In this document: piece by piece, positions 35,301-40,903 of the stretch
Numbering within the stretch: position 1 is the first letter of the stretch
Layout: each line of letters opens with the position of its first letter
DNA from: Macrostomum lignano
Taxonomy: Eukaryota
NCBI GenBank assembly: GCA_002269645.1
Contig: NIVC01001795.1
Span: 171,742 to 212,644 of the forward strand
Direction: 5' to 3'
DNA length: 40,903 nucleotides
Position numbers and translations under genes: made by a program
Notes under the pieces: model-generated
Database searches by the model: none
Told to the model about the DNA's origin: nothing
What the model saw: the letters and a program-made list of their open reading frames with translations, nothing else

Positions 35301-38300
35301 TTCTACTAATTCAATTAATGACAGTGGTGGACTGTATACAAACTTAATGGCATAGGATAGTTTATATTAATATTGAGAATCACTAACAATTACTTAACAA
35401 AAAGTCTCAGATAGACTTACAAAGTTAGCATTAAATTAAAAATGAAAAGTGAATTTTGAACCCCATCCAGGTGCATCCAGGTGCCACCTAGCAATTGGCA
35501 CCTGGATGCAAAAATGAACCCGAAAAAAACTCCAAAAACTCCGAAAAAATGAACCCAGCCATCATGGCTAATGATTCAAAACTAAAGTACACTCTGTCCT
35601 ATCTCCAACCCAGGTCTCATAGTTGGCGTTATCATTCGCTACGGCTCTCCCAGCTACCAGCCTAGCATCACAATGATCTCTATCGAGGACTCACCCGAGC
35701 AGTCTAACAAGCTGCCGCCGGAGAAAGTCCTCGTCAACATGTCCGTTCTGAACGAATCGCAAATCTACGAGTACGATTATAAGCGGCGTCTCTATGGCAA
35801 CGATATCAACGCCCCGATTTTAGACGAGAAGGCGACGTTTAATCCCGAAGTGTTTTTCAACTTCATACTGCCACCCATCATCTTCTTTGCCGGCTTCAGC
35901 ATGAAGAGGGTGAGGATGGCGTCCCCAATCTCCATGCATCCCCATCTCCATGGCGTTCCCAATGTCCCTTCATGACGTCCCCAATGTGCCTTCATGATGT
36001 TTCCAATGTGCCTTCATGATGTTTCCAATGTGCCTTCATGACGTCCCCAATGTGCCTTCATGATGTTTCCAATGTGCCTTCATGACGTCCCCAATGTGCC
36101 TTCATGATGTTTCCAATGTGCCCTCATGACGTCCCCAATGTGCCTTCATGATGTTTCCAATGTGCCTTCATGACACGACGCTTGCAGGTCCCTTAAATCC
36201 CATCGCATGACCCCAATCCCACTATGAGGCTTTCAAAACGTCATTGATCAGATTATGCTTACAGCTTTTACAAGCAATAAATTTAAAGCCCACATTATTG
36301 TTCCAGAAACACTTCTTTCGCAATATTGGCTCGATTCTGATGCTGGCATTTCTTGGCACCACCATATCGTGCTTTGTTATCGGGTGAGTTCAGCAACCCA
36401 TGTTTCTTGGATTTCATCTGATCTGTCACTTTTGAACTGCATCTTTGATTTCATAAATTGACTCCAGATTTGCAATACTCCCTCATTCCTGATCCCCATA
36501 TAGACACCATCATCCCTGATACCCATATAGACTCCCTCATCCCTAATCCCAATATGCACTCCCTCATCCCTGATCCCCATATAGACTCCCTCATCCCTGA
36601 TCCCCATATGCACTCCCTCATCCCTGATCCCCATATACACTCCCTCATCCCTGATCCCCATATAGACTCCCTCATCCCTGATCCCCATATGCACTCCCTC
36701 ATCCCTGATCCCCATATAGACACCATCATTCCTGATCCCCACATAGACACCATCATCCCTGATCCCCATATAGACACCATCATTCCTGATCCCCATATAG
36801 ACACCCTCATCCCTGATCCCCATATAGACTCCCTCATCCCTGATCCCCATATAGACTCCCTCATCCCTGATCCCCATATGCACTCCCTCATCCCTGATCC
36901 CCATATACACTCCCTCATCCCTGATCCCCATATAGACACCATCATTCCTGATCCCCATATAGACTCCCTCATCCCTGATCCCCATATGCACTCCCTCATC
37001 CCTGATCCCCATATACACTTCCTCATCCCTGATCCCCATATACACTCCCTCATCCCTGATCCCCATATAGACACCATCATCCCTGATCCCCATATAGACA
37101 CCATCATCCCTGATCCCCATATAGAAACCCTCATTCCTGATCCCTATATAGACACCCTCATCCCTGATCCCCATATAGACTCCCTCATCCCTGATCCCCA
37201 TAGAGCAGGGGTTGGAAAACTTCGACCCTCCTGACTTTTGAAAGTTCACAATAGCAATCCGGCCCGGCCTGCTCAAGGTTTATGTCTCTTCTAAGCTCTC
37301 TTTCTCCCCTCTCCTCTGTCTGCTCTCTTTTCCCTTCTCCCTCCTCTCTTCTCTCCCTCATTTATCTTTTCTCTAATCCCTTCTCTTATCCCATTCCCAT
37401 CTCTCTTCTGCAAACCCCTACCATAGAGTCTGCCTCATCCCAGATCCCAACTGTTCTCCCAAATCGCCGTTGAACTCCCGCAGCGGCGTGACATTCGGCA
37501 TCAGCCGGGCCAGCGCCAGGCTCGCCTCGATCGTCAGCCTCAGCGAGTGCCTCCTGTTCGGCGCCTTCATATCGGCCACCGATCCGGGTGAGAATTTTTA
37601 AAACCGCTTCTTTGCCATCGGCATCTGATGTGCTGTCAAGTCAGGCAAGCCTTTGTTTTCATCGCATCCTTCCAGTCACCGTCCTGGCAATATTCAGCGA
37701 CCTCCGCGTCGAGCCCGATCTCTACGCTCTCGTATTCGGCGAAAGCGTCCTTAACGACGCCGTTGCCATAGTGCTGTCCGAGTCTATCGAGACCTACGGT
37801 TCGGCCGCGGCGGCCGGAGAGACCGCCGCCATCTCCGTGCTGAAGGCCATCGGCAGCTTCGCCGGGGTGTTCCTTGGCGCCATCGGCATCGGCTGCCTGC
37901 TGGGCTGCCTCACCGCCCTCATCACCAAGTTCACGCAGGTGAGTCTCGGGTGAGCGTTTTGGAAAGAGAAGAGTCATCTCTGATCCCACTGTAGGATTTC
38001 GGGAGAATCAGGCTACTGATCCCACTGTGAGGATTTCGGGAGAATAAGGCTACTGATCCCACTGTGGGATTTCTATAAGAGTCATTTCCGATCCCACTGT
38101 GGGATTTCTTTAAGAGTCATCACTGATCCCACTGAGGATTTGGGAGAACAATGCTACTGATTCCACTGTGGGGATTTCGGGAGAATCATGCTACTGATTC
38201 CACTGTGGGGATTTCAAGAGAATCATGCTACTGATCCCACTGTGAGGATTTCGGGAGAATCAGGCTACTAATCCCACTGTGAGGATTTCGGGAGAATCAG

Positions 38301-40885
38301 GCTACTGATCCCACTGTGAGGAATTCGGGAGAATCAGGCTACTGATCCCACTGTAGGAATTTCGGGAGAATCATGCTACTGATCCCACTGTGAGGATTTC
38401 GGGAGAATCCTGCTACTGATCCCACTGTGAGGATTTCGGGAGAATCAGGCTACTGATCCCACTGTGAGGATTTCGGGAGAATCAGGCTACTGATCCCACT
38501 GTGAGGATTTCGGGAGAATCAGGCTACTGATCCCACTGTGAGGAATTCGGAGAATCAGGCTACTGATCCCACTGTAGGAATTTCGGGAGAATCATGCTAC
38601 TGATCCCACTGTGAGGATTTCGGGAGAATCAGGCTACTGATCCCACTGTGAGGATTTCGGGAGAATCATGCTACTGATACCACTGTAGGAATTTCGGGAG
38701 AATCATGCTACTGATCCCACTGTGAGGATTTCGTGAGAATCATGCTACTGATCCCACTGTGAGGATTTCGGGAGAATCAGGCTACTGATCCCACTGTGAG
38801 GATTTCGGGAGAATCAGGCTACTGATCCCACTGTGAGGATTTCGGGAGAATCAGGCTACTGATTCCACTGTGAGGATTTCGGGAGAATCAGGCTACTGAT
38901 CCCACTGTAGGGATTTCGGGAGAATAAGGCTACTGATCCCACTGTGAGGATTTCGGGAGAATCAGGCTACTGATCCCTGTGGGATTTAAAAATGCGGGAT
39001 CCGAAAAGTTGATTATGAGCAGGTTCCAGAGGCCACTATCTGGGTTTCTACTATTTCAAATTCAAAGCCTGGCTCACCCATTGCCCAGGTCCGCGAGCAC
39101 CCGCTGCTGGACACAGCCTGTTCGTGCTGATGAGCTACAGCACCTTCCTGGCGGCCGAGGCGGTGAAGAGCACCGGCATTGTGGCCGTGCTGTTCTGCGG
39201 CATCTGCCAGGCGCACTACACCTATAACAACCTGTCTGACGAGTCCAAGGCCACCACAATGTCATTCTTTGGCCTGTTGAATTTTCTAGCTGAAAATTTC
39301 ACCTTTGTGTACATCGGGGTCAGCGTGTTCACCTACAGCTCGCACCTGTGGGACCCGGTGTTCATTGTGGCGGGATTCCTGGCTATGATCATCGGCAGGG
39401 TGCTGTGCGTCTACCCCCTGTGCGGCCTGGCCAATATTGGCCGCAGGCGCAGCAGCGGCTGCGCCATCGGGCTGTCCCGGATGCACGTGCTGGCCTTCTC
39501 CGGCCTGCGGGGCGCCATGGCGTTCGCCCTGGCCATTCGGAACACCTCATCGGATGCCAGGAAGATCATCTTCTCTACCACTCTCATCCTGGTCATGATC
39601 ACCGTGCTGGTGTGCGGCGGCCTCGCCACCCAGATGCTGCAGTGGATGCACATTGAGTAAGCCTGCGGCCAGGGGGGTCCTTCTGCTTGCAGTCTCGTGT
39701 CCCTCGGTCACTTCCTGCAGGTGGCGTTGGAAAAAACCTTGTACACTTGTACACCTGTACACTTGTTCACTTGTACATCTTTACACTTGTACACCTGTAC
39801 ACTTATACATCTGTACACTCATAAAATCTGTACAATTATACATCTGTACACTTATACATATGTACACTTATACATCTGTACACTTATAACATCTGTACAC
39901 TTATACATCTGTACACTTATACACCTGTACACTTATACATCTGTACACTCATAAAATCTGTACAATTATACATCTGTACACTTATACATATGTACACTTA
40001 TACATCTGTACACTTATAACATCTGTACACTTATACATCTGTACACTTATACATCTGTACACTTATACATCTGTACAATTATAACATCTGTACACTTATA
40101 ACATCTGTACACTTATACATCTGTACACTTATACATCTGTACACTTATACATATGTACAATTATACATCTGTACACTTATACATCTGTACACTTATACAT
40201 CTGTACACTTATACATCTGTACACTTATACATCTGTACACTTATACATCTGTACACTTATACATCTGTACACTTATACATCTGTACACTGGGGTCAAGGA
40301 TCATGGGACTAAAAGATCAGCCATCCAAGAACATCTGCTCTGTGTTCAGAACCTCTCGACCTATTTAAGATCATTGATTTCTGCCGTCTTGAGCACACTT
40401 TGAACACTTTTAGAGGCTCAGAAGACGCCTAAGTTTAACTGTCAGTTAGCTATGGGGTGCAAATCGCCAACTCAACGTGTTCTAGGTTAGGGTGTACACA
40501 GGTACACCCCATTCTGCTTTGTTTTCAAATACGGGCGTACAAATAGAACTGACTGTCAACACCTCCACAAGCTGTCCTGAATTTGAGTGTACATAAGAGC
40601 ATACTGTGTGTACCATGCTCAATGACTGTTAACCATTGCGCGCTCATAATTCATATTCACTTGCATCGCAGAGTTGGAGTTGAAGAGGAACCAAATCGTC
40701 AGCGTCTTGACCGGCAAGACTCCACAGGGGAGGTTCGTAACTGCGATTTCTTTGAGTTTTTTTGTCATGCCAATGTTTAGTCTGTCTCTGCAATTTCATA
40801 TTTTTTATTTTTTACAGGCGCTTCCCAGCCGAGCCTGCGCGACAGGTCTTGCATTGCATTGGGATGGCGGATAGATTGACAAGAA
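26320..40885 (+). CDS. SLC9A6/7/9: Endosomal Na+/H+ exchanger (NHE6/7/9, insect Nhe3 group), 3' end beyond window. Exons 26320-26524, 35614-35909, 36307-36383, 37484-37587, 37676-37938, 39089-39656, 40672-40732, 40818-40885. Apparent 1-nt deletion at ~39117 and a disrupted last exon
   Basis: Spliced translation contains [131 protein letters not shown] and [11 protein letters not shown]. Intron phases 1,0,2,1,0,2,0 are consistent. Confidence 0.93.
27314..27966. mobile_element. Mutator(MULE)-like MITE, 653 bp, 9-bp TSD
   Basis: Termini GGGTGCCATCAAAATGGCCACACG / CGTGTGGCCATTTTAATGGGCATCC. TSD TAGTGACTA at 27305-27313 and 27967-27975. AAAACGGCCA subrepeats. Confidence 0.8.
29022..30339 (+). mobile_element. 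Full-length but inactivated mariner (DD34D) transposon, 1318 bp
   Basis: TA TSDs (29020-21, 30340-41). 26-bp TIRs CGAGGGGTGATCAAAAAGTTCTGCAA, 25/26 match. Transposase 29205-30266 has WVPHLL, ITGDK (from TGDE), HHDNA and [13 protein letters not shown] with 34 aa between the last two Asp. Stops at 29403 and 29535, frameshift at ~29810. Confidence 0.95.
30529..31264. mobile_element. Foldback/MULE-like MITE, ~735 bp, ~100-bp internally repetitive TIRs
   Basis: 30530-30640 is inverted to 31165-31264 (CCATTTTG(C/G)CCATA subunits). Flanking duplication TATTTCTT at 30520-30527 and 31265-31272 (8 bp exact, 9 bp with one mismatch). Confidence 0.7.
32348..33922 (+). mobile_element. Second, internally deleted mariner element interrupted by a LINE fragment
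   Basis: Inverted cores AATAAGTTCGCGAAAAA (32360-32376) / TTTTTCGCGAACTTATT, with TA flanks. Transposase pieces [51 protein letters not shown] and [13 protein letters not shown]. Confidence 0.85.
33051..33621 (-). mobile_element. 5'-truncated non-LTR retrotransposon 3' end (RTE-like) with four zinc fingers, nested in mariner 2
   Basis: 12-bp TSD TCAGGAGCGGCC at 33039-33050 and 33622-33633. One minus frame with a single stop encodes [22 protein letters not shown], (C>F)[39 protein letters not shown] and [20 protein letters not shown], then a short 3'UTR ending GGACAAGGACAA. Confidence 0.75.
34143..34424 (-). CDS. Small secreted six-cysteine precursor protein (93 aa), nested antisense in NHE intron 1
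   Basis: Intact ATG-to-stop ORF with strong GC3 codon bias against an AT-rich background. Signal peptide [16 protein letters not shown], acidic spacer, Cys spacing 10-7-11-4-9. 5'UTR intron GTAAGT(34568)..CACAG(34426) ends 1 nt before the ATG. Confidence 0.85.
   Translation of the reverse strand: MKAVIALLCLVAVASAAYTPAQREEVLDDLVHEIVPFLSVDWNCVKNAGISSSMCILKNLISCGVAIKPPLIAVCLVASCGGDAAKLAYCIKL
34657..34663 (-). promoter_or_regulatory. Candidate TATA box of the nested secreted-protein gene
   Basis: TATATAT lies ~90 bp upstream of the 5'UTR donor. This implies a ~60-nt non-coding first exon starting near 34630. Confidence 0.45.
35472..35510. other. Perfect 15-bp inverted repeat with 9-nt loop, ~100 nt upstream of the NHE exon 2 acceptor
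   Basis: TGCATCCAGGTGCCA-CCTAGCAAT-TGGCACCTGGATGCA. Confidence 0.8.
35955..36172. repeat. 22-bp minisatellite (CCAATGTGCCTTCATGA(CGTCC/TGTTT))n in NHE intron 2
   Basis: About 10 units with two largely alternating variants. Confidence 0.92.
36476..37201. repeat. 27-bp minisatellite (ACTCCCTCATCCCTGATCCCCATATAG)n, ~27 copies, NHE intron 3
   Basis: Direct reading. The unit length is a multiple of 3, hence the long repetitive ORFs. Confidence 0.97.
37975..38985. repeat. 37-bp minisatellite (CTACTGATCCCACTGTGAGGATTTCGGGAGAATCAGG)n, ~27 copies, NHE intron 5
   Basis: Direct reading, between the donor at 37939 and the acceptor at 39088. Confidence 0.97.
39740..40288. repeat. 16-bp minisatellite (TCTGTACACTTATACA)n, ~34 copies, NHE intron 6
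   Basis: Direct reading, between the donor at 39657 and the acceptor at 40671. Confidence 0.97.
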
Positions 40886-40903
40886 GTGAGCTTTTTATGT
40901 TTG

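Noticed and set aside
36377-37276. 227-299 aa ORFs on both strands (MGIRDEGVY / IPDPHIDSL)
   Set aside because: The 27-bp unit is a multiple of 3 and lies inside NHE intron 3, bounded by valid splice sites. A His/Pro-rich product is not supported.

Overview
Eukaryotic, intron-rich animal genomic DNA. GC3-rich exons, minisatellite-filled introns and ANK/Mab-21 and WSC genes suggest a Macrostomum-like flatworm, but that is inference only. Left to right: (1) the 3' part of an unidentified coiled-coil gene with minisatellite introns (282-3004, +). (2) A three-exon gene fusing about 14 ankyrin repeats to a Mab-21/cGAS-like (cGLR) nucleotidyltransferase domain; its catalytic motifs are intact but it has one in-frame TAA (3564-7143, +). 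(3) Crypton-like and LINE remnants (8280-9410, -). (4) A secreted WSC + PAN/apple-like gene (10763-11591, -). (5) A complete four-exon Ssdp/SSBP2-4 gene (13135-22636, +). Its 7-kb first intron holds a decayed intron-containing P-element-like transposase, interrupted by a young GC-rich MITE at the first catalytic Asp, plus other MITEs. (6) An endosomal Na+/H+ exchanger of the SLC9A6/7/9 group (26320 to beyond the window end, +). Its 9-kb first intron holds two mariners (one carrying a nested zinc-finger LINE 3' end), Mutator-like MITEs, and an intact antisense gene for a 93-aa secreted six-cysteine protein. Nine unrelated minisatellite arrays occur, most of them filling introns. The first introns are strongly CpG-depleted. 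No rRNA, tRNA or CRISPR features were seen. All exon structures were worked out by hand from splice signals and reading phase, without database searches.
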